Below, piece by piece: positions 7,642 through 16,677 of a DNA stretch of 64,000 nucleotides. Position numbers and translations under genes: made by a program. Source of the DNA: Candidatus Halobonum tyrrellensis G22 (lineage in GTDB: Archaea; Halobacteriota; Halobacteria; Halobacteriales; Haloferacaceae); the NCBI RefSeq assembly GCF_000495475.1, contig NZ_ASGZ01000029.1, positions 8,000-71,999 on the forward strand. The letters run 5' to 3'. How positions within the stretch are numbered: position 1 is the first letter of the stretch; every line of letters starts with the position of its first letter. Below the pieces are notes generated by a model. The model was given only the letters and a program-made list of their open reading frames with translations. It did no database searches and had not been told where the DNA came from.

Positions 7642-9756
7642 ATGAGCAACGATCCGAACGACAGTCGTCGCGACGGCTCCGATCGCTCCGACGAGGAGCG
7701 GGAGTACACCGTCGTCGACGACCCCGAGTCAAACGGTACTGCGGGCGGGGGGACCGTCGGCACGTCCAACGAGCCGTCGGACCAGGACGCCGACATCGAC
7801 GACCTCGGGAGCGACGTGGAGATCGACGCCGAGATCGACGAGGAGAACGCCGAGGACGACCTCCTCGGCGGCCTCCAGATCGACTCGACGGACGAGATCG
7901 ACGTCCCCGAACGACTCGTCGACCAGGTCATCGGGCAGGAACACGCCCGCGACGTGGTGATGAAGGCGGCCAAACAGCGCCGCCACGTGATGATGATCGG
8001 CTCGCCCGGGACGGGTAAGTCGATGCTCGCGAAGGCGATGTCCGAACTCCTCCCGAAGGAGGAGCTTCAGGACGTCCTGGTCTACCACAACCCCGACGAC
8101 GGCAACAACCCGAAGGTTCGCACCGTCCCCGCGGGGAAGGGCGAACAGATCGTCGAGGCCCACAAGGAGGAGGCGCGCAAGCGCAACCAGATGCGGAGCT
8201 TCCTCATGTGGATCATCATCGCGGTGGTGCTCGGCTACGCGTTCCTCGTCCACGGGAACATCCTCCTGGGGATCCTCGCGGCCGGGGTCATCTACCTCGC
8301 GTTCCGCTACGGTTCGCGCGGCTCCGACGCGATGATCCCGAACCTCCTCGTGAACAACGCGGACACCAAGTCCGCGCCGTTCGAGGACGCCACCGGCGCG
8401 CACGCGGGTGCGCTGCTCGGCGACGTCCGGCACGACCCGTTCCAGTCGGGCGGGATGGAGACGCCCAGCCACGACCGCGTCGAGGCGGGCGCGATCCACA
8501 CCTCGAACAAGGGCGTGCTGTTCCTCGACGAGATCAACACCCTCGACATCCGGTCACAGCAGAAGCTGATGACCGCGATCCAGGAGGGGGAGTTCGGCAT
8601 CACCGGCCAGTCCGAGCGCTCCTCGGGTGCGATGGTCCAGACGGAGCCCGTCCCGACGGACTTCGTGATGGTCGCGGCGGGGAACCTCGACGCGATGGAG
8701 AACATGCACCCCGCGCTCCGCTCGCGGATCAAGGGGTACGGCTACGAGGTGTACATGGACGACACCCTCGACGACACCCCGGAGATGCGCCGGAAGTACG
8801 CCCGGTTCGTCGCCCAGGAGGTCGCCAAGGACGGGCGGCTCCCGCAGTTCGACCGCGAGGCGGTCGAGGAGGTCATCCTCGAAGCGCGGCGGCGCGCGGG
8901 TCGGAAGGGTCACCTCACGCTCGAACTCCGGAACCTCGGCGGGCTGGTCCGCGTCTCGGGCGACATCGCTCGCGGCGAGGACGCCGAGATGGTCACCCGC
9001 GAGCACGTGCTCCAGGCGAAGGGCCGGAGCCGGTCGATCGAACAGCAGCTCGCGGACGACTACATCGAGCGCCGGAAGGACTACGAGCTCCACGTCTCGG
9101 ACGGCTACCAGGTCGGCCGCGTCAACGGTCTCGCCGTGATGGGCGAGGACTCGGGGATCATGCTCCCGGTCATGGCGGAGATCACGCCCTCCCAGGGGAT
9201 GGGCGGGCAGGTGATCGCCACCGGGAAGCTCCAGGAGATGGCCGAGGAGTCGGTGAAGAACGTCTCGGCGATCATCAAGAAGTTCTCCGACGAGGACATC
9301 TCGAACCAGGACATCCACATCCAGTTCGTCCAGGCGGGCCAGCAGGGCGTCGACGGCGACTCGGCGTCGATCACGGTGGCGACGGCGGTCATCTCCGCCC
9401 TAGAGGGGATGGGCGTCGACCAGAGCCTCGCGATGACGGGCTCGCTCTCCGTGCGGGGTGACGTGCTCCCGGTCGGCGGGGTCACCCACAAGATCGAGGC
9501 GGCCGCCAAGTCCGGCTGCGACCGGGTCATCATCCCGAAGGCGAACGAGCAGGACGTGATGATCGAAGACGAGTACAAGGAGATGATCGAGATCATCCCG
9601 GTGTCGCACATCTCGGAGGTGCTCGACGTGGCGCTCGAAGGCGAGCCCGAGAAGGACTCGCTGGTCGACCGCCTCAAGAACATCACCGGGTCCGCGCTGA
9701 AGGCGAGCGAGGGCCAAGGCGGCGCCCGCGGTCCCTCCAGCCCCAGCCCGCAGTAG
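7642..9756 (+). CDS. lonB: ATP-dependent protease LonB (archaeal membrane-anchored Lon)
   Basis: Walker A GSPGTGKS, a TM hairpin inserted in the AAA+ module (FLMWIIIAVVLGYAFLV...ILAAGVIYLAF), sensor and arginine-finger regions, and the C-terminal Lon protease domain with active-site Ser in GDSASI and Lys in the HKIEAAAKSG region. Confidence 0.92.
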   Translation: MSNDPNDSRRDGSDRSDEEREYTVVDDPESNGTAGGGTVGTSNEPSDQDADIDDLGSDVEIDAEIDEENAEDDLLGGLQIDSTDEIDVPERLVDQVIGQEHARDVVMKAAKQRRHVMMIGSPGTGKSMLAKAMSELLPKEELQDVLVYHNPDDGNNPKVRTVPAGKGEQIVEAHKEEARKRNQMRSFLMWIIIAVVLGYAFLVHGNILLGILAAGVIYLAFRYGSRGSDAMIPNLLVNNADTKSAPFEDATGAHAGALLGDVRHDPFQSGGMETPSHDRVEAGAIHTSNKGVLFLDEINTLDIRSQQKLMTAIQEGEFGITGQSERSSGAMVQTEPVPTDFVMVAAGNLDAMENMHPALRSRIKGYGYEVYMDDTLDDTPEMRRKYARFVAQEVAKDGRLPQFDREAVEEVILEARRRAGRKGHLTLELRNLGGLVRVSGDIARGEDAEMVTREHVLQAKGRSRSIEQQLADDYIERRKDYELHVSDGYQVGRVNGLAVMGEDSGIMLPVMAEITPSQGMGGQVIATGKLQEMAEESVKNVSAIIKKFSDEDISNQDIHIQFVQAGQQGVDGDSASITVATAVISALEGMGVDQSLAMTGSLSVRGDVLPVGGVTHKIEAAAKSGCDRVIIPKANEQDVMIEDEYKEMIEIIPVSHISEVLDVALEGEPEKDSLVDRLKNITGSALKASEGQGGARGPSSPSPQ

Positions 9757-9775
9757 CCGTCGCGGACGAGTACGA

Positions 9776-10669
9776 GTGACCGACTGGACGGCGTTCGCGG
9801 CGATCACGGGCGTCGTCCTCGCACTGCTTCTCGCGCTCGCGCGGCTCTCGACGTCCACTTCCACACCGACCGCGAGCGACGCCGCCGCCGATATCGACGC
9901 CGAGGCCACCTCCGACGTCGACCCCGGCGGTCGCCGCGCGGACGGGACTCGCCGTCCTACGAGCGACGCCGCCGGGTCGGAGTCGGCGGCCCAACGGGAG
10001 TCGGCGCGGAACCCACCCCCCGACCCGGCGGTCGGGGTCGGCGCTCGCGCGGTCCCCACGGAGGACGCGTACGCGCCCGCCGACCTCCCGCCGGGCGCGC
10101 TCCTGCTCAACGTGCTACTCTCGCAGGGGCTGTTCGCCACGCTACTCGTCTTCGCGGCGTGGTGGACCCGGCTACCGGCGACGGCGCTGGGGCTCGACCC
10201 GGCCGTCTCGCCGCGCCTGCTCGCGGCCGGCGTCGGTCTCGGCGTCGCGCTGTGGGTCGGCAACTACCTCGCGGGCCGGCTGGGCGAGCGGGCCGGCGTG
10301 GACGCCGCCGAGGGGTTCCGCGCCGCGCTCGCGCCCGACTCGGCGCGCGAGTGGGCGCTGCTGCTGTTCGCCGTGCTCCCGCTGGTGGCGCTGTTCGAGG
10401 AGTTCCTCTTCCGCGCGGCGCTCGTCGGCGCGCTCTCGGCGGGGTTTCCGGTGTCGCCGTGGCTCCTCGCGGTCGGCTCGTCGGTGGCGTTCGCGCTGGG
10501 CCACGGCGCGCAGGGACGGGTCGGGATGGCGGTCACGGGCGTCCTCGGGTTCGCGCTCGCGGCGGGGTTCGTCCTCACGGGGAGCCTGGCGGTCGTCGTC
10601 GTCGCCCACTACCTGGTGAACGCGCTGGAGTTCGTCGTCCACGAGCGGCCGAGCGCCGGCGAGGGGTGA
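9776..10669 (+). CDS. CPBP family intramembrane glutamic endopeptidase (CAAX protease/Abi-like)
   Basis: Conserved EEFLFR and FALGH motifs plus C-terminal HYLVNALEF; it lies immediately downstream of lonB on the same strand with a 19-nt gap and a GTG start. Confidence 0.85.
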   Translation: MTDWTAFAAITGVVLALLLALARLSTSTSTPTASDAAADIDAEATSDVDPGGRRADGTRRPTSDAAGSESAAQRESARNPPPDPAVGVGARAVPTEDAYAPADLPPGALLLNVLLSQGLFATLLVFAAWWTRLPATALGLDPAVSPRLLAAGVGLGVALWVGNYLAGRLGERAGVDAAEGFRAALAPDSAREWALLLFAVLPLVALFEEFLFRAALVGALSAGFPVSPWLLAVGSSVAFALGHGAQGRVGMAVTGVLGFALAAGFVLTGSLAVVVVAHYLVNALEFVVHERPSAGEG

Positions 10670-10733
10670 GTCCCGGTGTGGGGCCGGTGGGTCGGCCCGG
10701 ACCGGAGCGGCTCGACGCCGACGGGGGGTCGTG

Positions 10734-12008
10734 TCAGAACCCGCCGGTGGTGACCGTCTCGAAGAAGCTCGGTGCCGACGTCGCCGAAAGGAACAGCGCG
10801 AGAACGACGAGGACGAGGTTCGCGGCGGTCAAGGCGGCGCCGTTGGTCCACTCGCCCATCGTCTCGGAGTCGTTGAGCGCCCAGAAGAGGAAGACGACCG
10901 TTATCGGGAGCCCCACGATACCGTTGTACGCCGGGAACAGGAGTATCATGTCGACGACGCTCAGCCCGAAGAGGATCGTAACGAGCGGCGAGAGACAGCC
11001 GATCCCGGCCCCGACGGCGTAGATCAGCTTGAACTCGCGGGTGCCGCTGTCGGCCTCCTTCCCGCGGGCGTTCTGGATCATGTATGCGGGCGCCCACATG
11101 ATCGGGACGATGCTGTTGAACGCGGCCGCGACCGCACCGAGGAGGAAGAGGGTCATCGCCCACTGGCCGAGCACGTCCGCGAGCGCCCGGCCGGGCGTGA
11201 TGAACGTCTCCAGCGACGTGTAGCCGGCCGGCCGTAGCACCGCCGCCGCGGCGATGACGATGGCGACAGTGGTGATCGCGCCGACGGCGTAGCCGATGCC
11301 GAGGTCGCGCCGCATCGTCGAGACGTCGTCCGCGTCGGTCCACCCCTTCTCGGAAACGAGGTTGGATTCGAGGAAGAAGTTGGGCCACAGCGCGGTCGTC
11401 CCGACGATGCCGGCCGCGAACGTGAGCGCGCTTGGGTCGCCGAACGTGTCGGTCGAGGGGACGAATCCGGCCGCGAACGCGCCGAGGTCGGGGGCGCTGG
11501 CGCCGGCGACGACCAGGTAGATCACCAGCAGCGTGAGCATCATCACCGTCATCACCCGCTCGATCCCCTCGTAGTTGAGAACGCCCGTGACGACGGCCGC
11601 GAGTCCCGTCAGTACTGCGAGTGGCATCCAGCCGACGGCGCCGCCGAGGAGGATGGAGATCCCCTTGCCGACGGCGGCGGTGAGTTCGAGTGCCCACGCG
11701 ACGCAGCCGACCGACAACAGCAGGGAGACGACGAGTGCGCCGGTCTCGCCGAGTTTCCCCCGGATGAACGTCATGAGCGACTCGCCGAAGATGCCGAGGC
11801 GCGCGCTCATGTCCTGTCCCATGAACCCGAGGAGGGCGGCGCCAACGACTGCCCACAACAGCGCGTACCCGTAGCGGACGCCCGCCGAGGACGCGATGAA
11901 CACCGACCCCGAGCCGAAGTAGCTCGCGACCATGACGAACGCGAGCCCGTACTCTTGGAAGAAGCCGCTCACCGCGTCGCGCAGCCCGCTCCCACTCGAT
12001 GTCGACAT
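10734..12008 (-). CDS. APC-superfamily (LeuT-fold, NRAMP/amino-acid-permease-like) membrane transporter, substrate unknown
   Basis: 424 aa with about 11-12 predicted TM segments; TM1 carries a GSG motif (SYFGSGSVF) typical of the APC superfamily. The canonical Nramp DPGN motif is absent, so I do not call it MntH. Confidence 0.55.
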   Translation of the reverse strand: MSTSSGSGLRDAVSGFFQEYGLAFVMVASYFGSGSVFIASSAGVRYGYALLWAVVGAALLGFMGQDMSARLGIFGESLMTFIRGKLGETGALVVSLLLSVGCVAWALELTAAVGKGISILLGGAVGWMPLAVLTGLAAVVTGVLNYEGIERVMTVMMLTLLVIYLVVAGASAPDLGAFAAGFVPSTDTFGDPSALTFAAGIVGTTALWPNFFLESNLVSEKGWTDADDVSTMRRDLGIGYAVGAITTVAIVIAAAAVLRPAGYTSLETFITPGRALADVLGQWAMTLFLLGAVAAAFNSIVPIMWAPAYMIQNARGKEADSGTREFKLIYAVGAGIGCLSPLVTILFGLSVVDMILLFPAYNGIVGLPITVVFLFWALNDSETMGEWTNGAALTAANLVLVVLALFLSATSAPSFFETVTTGGF

Positions 12009-12383
12009 CTCAGCTCCCCCCCGCTCGCCGACGGGTTCGGCGCGTACCCGTCGGCCCGCCCGTTCGTCGCGTCCCGGGCGGCGGCCGACGACACCTGTGG
12101 CCGGTGCTACTGCTCGCTAACGATCGGGTCTCTAATAGAGCCACTTCGAAGATACATTCTTGGCGTGAGACGGTTAAATCCGGGGACAGCGATCCGCCGA
12201 TCCGCTATGTGGTCCCGTATTGATGGCTGTTGTCGTGGGGTCGGCCTGGATCCTCGGACAGCAGGTTCATCCGCCGGCCGTCCCCGCGGTCGGCCGACGA
12301 TGCGACTCGCTTGACGACTGGGGCGACCGTGGGTCCGCGTGGTGCTCCGCGGGGGTTACGCGCGCGTCTCGGGATGCGGATGG

Positions 12384-12405
12384 TCCACCCGCCCGGCCGG
12401 TTCGA
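12384..12405. repeat. 22-bp perfect palindrome ggccggttcgatcgaaccggcc
   Basis: Exact inverted repeat read directly from the sequence, about 45 nt beyond the TauE gene stop on the minus strand. Confidence 0.9.
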
Positions 12406-12450
12406 TCGAACCGGCCTCCCGCCGGACGGGCCCGACGGGTACCGACCGGG

Positions 12451-13224
12451 TCACGCGATCAGGTAGACGCCGAGGCCGACGAGTACGACCGCGAGCACGC
12501 GTTTGAGCGCTCCGGGATCGACGCGGCGGGCGACCCACCAGCCGACGAGGATGCCGAGGAGTTCCGGCCCGCCGACGACGGCGACCAGCGGGAGCGAGAC
12601 GGCCCCTGCCTGGAGGTAGGCGGCCGTCGCCGGCACGGCGACGAACACCGACCCCACCTGCGCGGCGGCGACGGCGGGCAGCAACGGGACGCCGAGCGCA
12701 ACCAGAAGCGGCACCGCCAGCACCGGCCCGCCGACGCCGAGCAGGCCGCCGGGGACGCCGACGGCGAACCCGACGGCACCGACCACGAGCGCGCCCAACC
12801 GCGAGGACGGGTCGATCGACCCGTCGGCCCTCGTGTCGTCCCACTCGCGGTAGTACGTCAGGCCCCCAGCGAGAACCACGACGACGCCGAGGACGACGGA
12901 GAACACGGCCGCCGAGATGGTGGCGTTCACCCGCGCACCGACGAGCGCCCCGACGACGCCGGGGCCGGCGAGCGCGGCGGCGGTGTGCAGGCCGCGGTCG
13001 GTCCGGAGTTCGCCCGAGTGGATGTACGCGACCGTCCCGAGCAGGCCCGCCGCGATGTTGGTCGCGCCGCCGGTGCCCGCGACGACCGCCGGCGGAGCGG
13101 CCGTCAGCGCGAGCGCGACGGTGACGAACACCCCGCCCGGGCCGATGGCGGTGATGCCGACGCCGGCGAGGAACCCGACGACCGCGAGCGCGACCAGCGC
13201 GGGCGGGCCGAGCCCGAAGAACAT
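12451..13224 (-). CDS. sulfite exporter TauE/SafE family anion permease
   Basis: About 257 aa from ATG MFFGLGPPALVALAVVGF; Gly-rich TM repeats and duplicated ...GGG..LAVPLLVALG... halves are typical of TauE/SafE (DUF81). The upstream part of the 292-aa ORF is Pro/Arg-rich. Confidence 0.75.
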   Translation of the reverse strand: MFFGLGPPALVALAVVGFLAGVGITAIGPGGVFVTVALALTAAPPAVVAGTGGATNIAAGLLGTVAYIHSGELRTDRGLHTAAALAGPGVVGALVGARVNATISAAVFSVVLGVVVVLAGGLTYYREWDDTRADGSIDPSSRLGALVVGAVGFAVGVPGGLLGVGGPVLAVPLLVALGVPLLPAVAAAQVGSVFVAVPATAAYLQAGAVSLPLVAVVGGPELLGILVGWWVARRVDPGALKRVLAVVLVGLGVYLIA

Positions 13225-13372
13225 GCTCCCACTCGGCGCGCGTCGGGGAAGGGACTGATGATCCGTCGGCACCGGCCGCGGCGGCGTCCCGTGGGTCGGA
13301 CCCGACATAGCCAGCCCGGGTGGATGCACCGAGGGTCACCTCGCCGCCGGCTCGTCGGCCACGCTAGGGGAT

Positions 13373-13530
13373 GGCGCGCAGGGACGCGCCGGGAGAGCGG
13401 TCACGGGGGTCTTCGGGGTCTCGCGGCGGGGTTCGTCTACACGAGGCGTCCCGCGGTCGTCGCCCACTACCCGGCGAACGCGCTGGCGTTTCTCGTCCAC
13501 GAGCGCCCCCGGCCGGACGGCTCCGGTTGA
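13373..13530 (+). pseudogene. frameshifted relic of the CPBP protease 3' end (duplicate of 10498-10669)
   Basis: About 75-80% nucleotide identity with the last 170 nt of the intact CPBP gene. It translates as GAQGRAGRAVTGVFGV in one frame, then needs a +2 shift to give AAGFVYTRRPAVVAHYPANALAFLVHERP; there is no start codon or N-terminal part. Confidence 0.7.
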
Positions 13531-13546
13531 GGCGAAGCGAAGCCGG

Positions 13547-13711
13547 TCAGTCGTCGAGCGCGACCGTCCCCTCGGCGCCGCAGTCGGGGCACCGCTCGTG
13601 GTCCTCGTCGAAGCGCGCGCCGCACGCCTCACACCGGAACGGGGCGTTCTCCTCGGCCGCGGTCTCCGCGTCGGCTTTGAACTGTTCGACCCGTCGGCCG
13701 AGTTCCCTGAA
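13547..13711 (-). CDS. small zinc-ribbon protein
   Basis: 55 aa MGVFRELGRRVEQFKADAE...CEACGARFDEDHERCPDCG with two CxxC pairs. Confidence 0.55.
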   Translation of the reverse strand, partial: FRELGRRVEQFKADAETAAEENAPFRCEACGARFDEDHERCPDCGAEGTVALDD

Positions 13712-13838
13712 CACGCCCATCACCACGAACGGAGACCCGCGAGGAGGATAAGCGTTCGCCGGAACGGGCAACCGGTGCGGGGTCGCCGGACCGGCGGCGG
13801 ATACGAGTCCTTTTCCCGCCGTCGACCCTCCTCTACGT

Positions 13839-15701
13839 ATGTCCTTCTTCGCCCCCACCCCCCTAGTGCAGGGTGGGGCTCTGACGGCCGACATGCTCGT
13901 CGTCTTCGCGCTCATCCTCCTCGCGCTCGTCCTGTTCGCGACCGAGTGGCTCCCCATCGACGTCACTGCCATCTCGGTGATGGTCCTGCTGATGGTGCTC
14001 GAACCGTGGACGCAGATCTCCCCGCGGGAGGGGATATCGGGGTTCGCCAGTCCGGCCACGATCACCGTCCTGGCGATGCTCATCTTGAGTACGGGGATCA
14101 ACCGAACCGGACTCGTCCAGCTACTCGGTCGGCGGATGGCCTCGTTCGCCGGGACCGACCGACGCAAGCAACTCGCGGCGACGATCGGCATCACCGGTCC
14201 GGTGTCCGGACTCGTCAACAACACGCCCGTCGTCGCGATCCTCGTCCCCGTCATCTCCGATCTCGCCCACAACGGGAAGACGTCGCCGTCGAAGTTGTTG
14301 ATGCCGCTGTCGTTCGCCTCCATGCTCGGGGGGACGCTCACGCTCATCGGCACGTCGACGAACATCCTCGCGAGCGACATCGCGGCCCAACTCGGCGCCG
14401 AGTCGCCGGAACTCGGCTTGCACGCGTTCGGGATGTTCGAGTTCACGAAACTGGGCGCGGTCGTCTTCGCGGTCGGGGCGCTCTATCTCGTGACGGTCGG
14501 CGTGCGACTCATCCCCGAGCGGGTGCCGGCCGACGAGGACCTCGTCGAGGAGTACGCCCTCCAGGAGTATCTCGCGGACGTCGTGGTCCCCGCGGGGTCA
14601 CCGTTGATCGGACAGACCGTCGGCGAGGCGCTGGGGGACGACGACCTCGACATCGACGTGTTACAGCTGATCCGGTACGGCGAACGGTTCTCCGATCCGC
14701 TCGCCCGCAAGGAGATCCACGAGAACGACACGCTCCGTCTGCGGACGAGCCGGGGGACGCTCGAACGGATCATGAACGCCGAGGGGCTGACGTTCGCGGG
14801 CGGCCCGCGGACGGAGGACGACCTCGACCCCGACGAGGAGGAACCGGTGTTCGTCGAGGTGGTCGTCCCGTCGGGGTCGTTCCTCGTCGGCGAGACGCTC
14901 GCGAGTTCGACGTTCCGACAGCGCTACACCGCGAACGTCCTCGCCTTCCGGAGCCGCGGCGAGGTCGTCCGCGACCGGTTCGAGAGCATCCGTATCCGCG
15001 TCGGCGACACGCTCCTCGTCCAGGCGCCGCCGGACAGTCTCACCCGACTCGTCGAGAACGAGGACTTCATCGTCGCCCACGAGTTCGACGACGTGGAGTA
15101 CCGGAGCGGGAAGATCCCCTTCGCGGTGGCCATCGTCGCCGGCGTCGTCGCGCTCCCGGCGCTGAACATCCTCCCGATCGTCGTCTCGTCGCTCGCGGGC
15201 GTGGTCGCGATGATCCTCACGGGCGTGCTCAAGCCGAACGAACTGTACACGTCCGTCGAGTGGAACGTGATCTTCCTGCTCGCGGGCGTCATCCCGCTGG
15301 GGACCGCGCTCCAGCAGACCGGCGCCGCCGCGCTGTTGGGCGCGGCCGTCGCCTCGACGGCGACGGTCCTCCCGGTGCTCGGCGTCCTGTGGGTGTTCTA
15401 CCTCGCGACCGGGCTGTTGACGAGCGTCATCTCCAACAACGCGAGCGTCGTGTTGATGATCCCCGTCGCCGCCAGCGCCGCACAGTCGATCGACGCGAAC
15501 GCGTTCGCGTTCGTGCTCGCGGTGACGTTCGCCGCCTCGACGGCGTTCATGACGCCGGTCGGCTACCAGACGAACCTGTTCGTCTACGGTCCCGGGGGGT
15601 ACCGCTTCTCGGACTTCCTCCGGGTCGGCGGACCGTTGCAGTTGCTGCTGTCGGTCGTGACCGTCCTCGGGATCGCGTTCTTCTGGGGGGTCGGGGGGTG
15701 A
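13839..15701 (+). CDS. SLC13/DASS-family permease with tandem cytoplasmic TrkA-C (RCK_C) domains
   Basis: 620 aa; N- and C-terminal polytopic halves with the SLC13 signature GGTLTLIGTSTNIL, and a central soluble region with two TrkA-C-like repeats (VVVPAGSPLIGQTVGE... / VEVVVPSGSFLVGETL...). Confidence 0.8.
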   Translation: MSFFAPTPLVQGGALTADMLVVFALILLALVLFATEWLPIDVTAISVMVLLMVLEPWTQISPREGISGFASPATITVLAMLILSTGINRTGLVQLLGRRMASFAGTDRRKQLAATIGITGPVSGLVNNTPVVAILVPVISDLAHNGKTSPSKLLMPLSFASMLGGTLTLIGTSTNILASDIAAQLGAESPELGLHAFGMFEFTKLGAVVFAVGALYLVTVGVRLIPERVPADEDLVEEYALQEYLADVVVPAGSPLIGQTVGEALGDDDLDIDVLQLIRYGERFSDPLARKEIHENDTLRLRTSRGTLERIMNAEGLTFAGGPRTEDDLDPDEEEPVFVEVVVPSGSFLVGETLASSTFRQRYTANVLAFRSRGEVVRDRFESIRIRVGDTLLVQAPPDSLTRLVENEDFIVAHEFDDVEYRSGKIPFAVAIVAGVVALPALNILPIVVSSLAGVVAMILTGVLKPNELYTSVEWNVIFLLAGVIPLGTALQQTGAAALLGAAVASTATVLPVLGVLWVFYLATGLLTSVISNNASVVLMIPVAASAAQSIDANAFAFVLAVTFAASTAFMTPVGYQTNLFVYGPGGYRFSDFLRVGGPLQLLLSVVTVLGIAFFWGVGG

Positions 15702-15861
15702 CGGACCGTCCCGCCGAACACGCGCCGCCCCGATCGAGGCGGCCCCTCGATGACGGGTGGCCTCGCTCGGAGGTGGACTGTCGATGCCGGACGGAAGCGC
15801 GAGGCGCGCTCTCGATGCCGGACGGACGCCAGACGTAGGAACGTACGCGCGGCTCAGGGGT

Positions 15862-15905
15862 GAGTCGCAGCGTCGGAAGAATCGAAACGAGCCGGTCGTC
15901 GCCGT
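15862..15905 (-). terminator. candidate intrinsic terminator hairpin downstream of csp
   Basis: Stem cgtcgcc/ggcgacg with a 4-nt loop at 15888-15905, followed on the minus strand by the T-rich tract cgtttcgattcttcc. Confidence 0.3.
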
Positions 15906-15925
15906 CGGGCGACGTCGGTCTCAGT

Positions 15926-16120
15926 TCAGTCGCGGACGACGTTCGTCGCGCGGGGGCCCTTGGGGGCCTGTTCGATGTCGAAGTCGATCTCGGTGCCTTC
16001 CGTGAGGTCCTCGCCGCCGACGTCCTCCATGTGGAAGAACACGTCGTCGTCCGAATCCTCGGTGGAGATGAAACCGTAGCCGCCCGTGTCGTTGAAGAAG
16101 TCAACCGTACCGTGTGCCAT
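15926..16120 (-). CDS. csp: cold-shock protein (CspA family, S1-like OB fold)
   Basis: MAHGTVDFFNDTGGYGFISTEDSDDDVFFHMEDV matches the Csp RNP1/RNP2 motifs; the start is placed at the ATG giving 64 aa. Confidence 0.88.
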   Translation of the reverse strand: MAHGTVDFFNDTGGYGFISTEDSDDDVFFHMEDVGGEDLTEGTEIDFDIEQAPKGPRATNVVRD

Positions 16121-16317
16121 TGCAACCATACGTACCGCCCGTCCGGGGATAACGGTTGCGAGAGTCGCGGTACCACGGGCCTCCGCTGGACAGGTGTCGA
16201 CCGAACCGGGCCGGGAGTCCCGCTCGCCCGGCGGGAGCGCGACGGCTGTGCGGGTGCGTCCGACGGCCGTCTGCGGTTTCCGTCACGCTTACGCCGACCG
16301 GACGCGACCCGCGCGGT

Positions 16318-16668
16318 ATGCAACTGGGCACCGACGGCCGGTCGACCCTCCCGGCCGTCGTCGCGGGGCTGCTCGCGGTCGTCGTCGTCGTCTACGGCGT
16401 CGGGGGGTGGTACCGGGGGTGGTACCCGCCCGCGTTCGTCGCGGGCTGTGCGATGGTGGGCGTCGGCCTGCTCGCCGCCCAGCGGACCATGTGGGTCCAC
16501 ACCGGGCCGACCGAGGCGGGCGCGGTGACGAACGCGGCGATGTTCCTGCTGGCGGGCGCGACGAAACTCGGCGGCGTCCTCGTCGGGGTCGCGCCGCTGG
16601 AGACGGCCGCGGAGGCGCTGTTCGCGCTCGCGGTCGTGTTCTTCCTCGCGCGCGCCGACGACGCCTGA
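16318..16668 (+). CDS. hypothetical small membrane protein (3 predicted TM)
   Basis: ORF from ATG MQLGTDGRSTLPAVVAGLLAVVVVVYGV...; hydrophobic segments present. The upstream part of the track ORF is Arg/Pro-rich, so I trimmed it; no family recognised. Confidence 0.4.
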   Translation: MQLGTDGRSTLPAVVAGLLAVVVVVYGVGGWYRGWYPPAFVAGCAMVGVGLLAAQRTMWVHTGPTEAGAVTNAAMFLLAGATKLGGVLVGVAPLETAAEALFALAVVFFLARADDA

Positions 16669-16677
16669 CCGGTGCGG

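Noticed and set aside
10670-13372. Integrase or transposase associated with the CPBP 3' duplication
   Set aside because: Both ORFs in the interval are transporters; no recombinase, inverted terminal repeats or tRNA target were found, so no mobile element is called.
12220-13530. 436-aa plus-strand ORF spanning the TauE region
   Set aside because: It is antisense to the TauE gene with Arg/Asp-rich junk composition. Only its last 50 codons are meaningful, and those are the CPBP relic reported separately.
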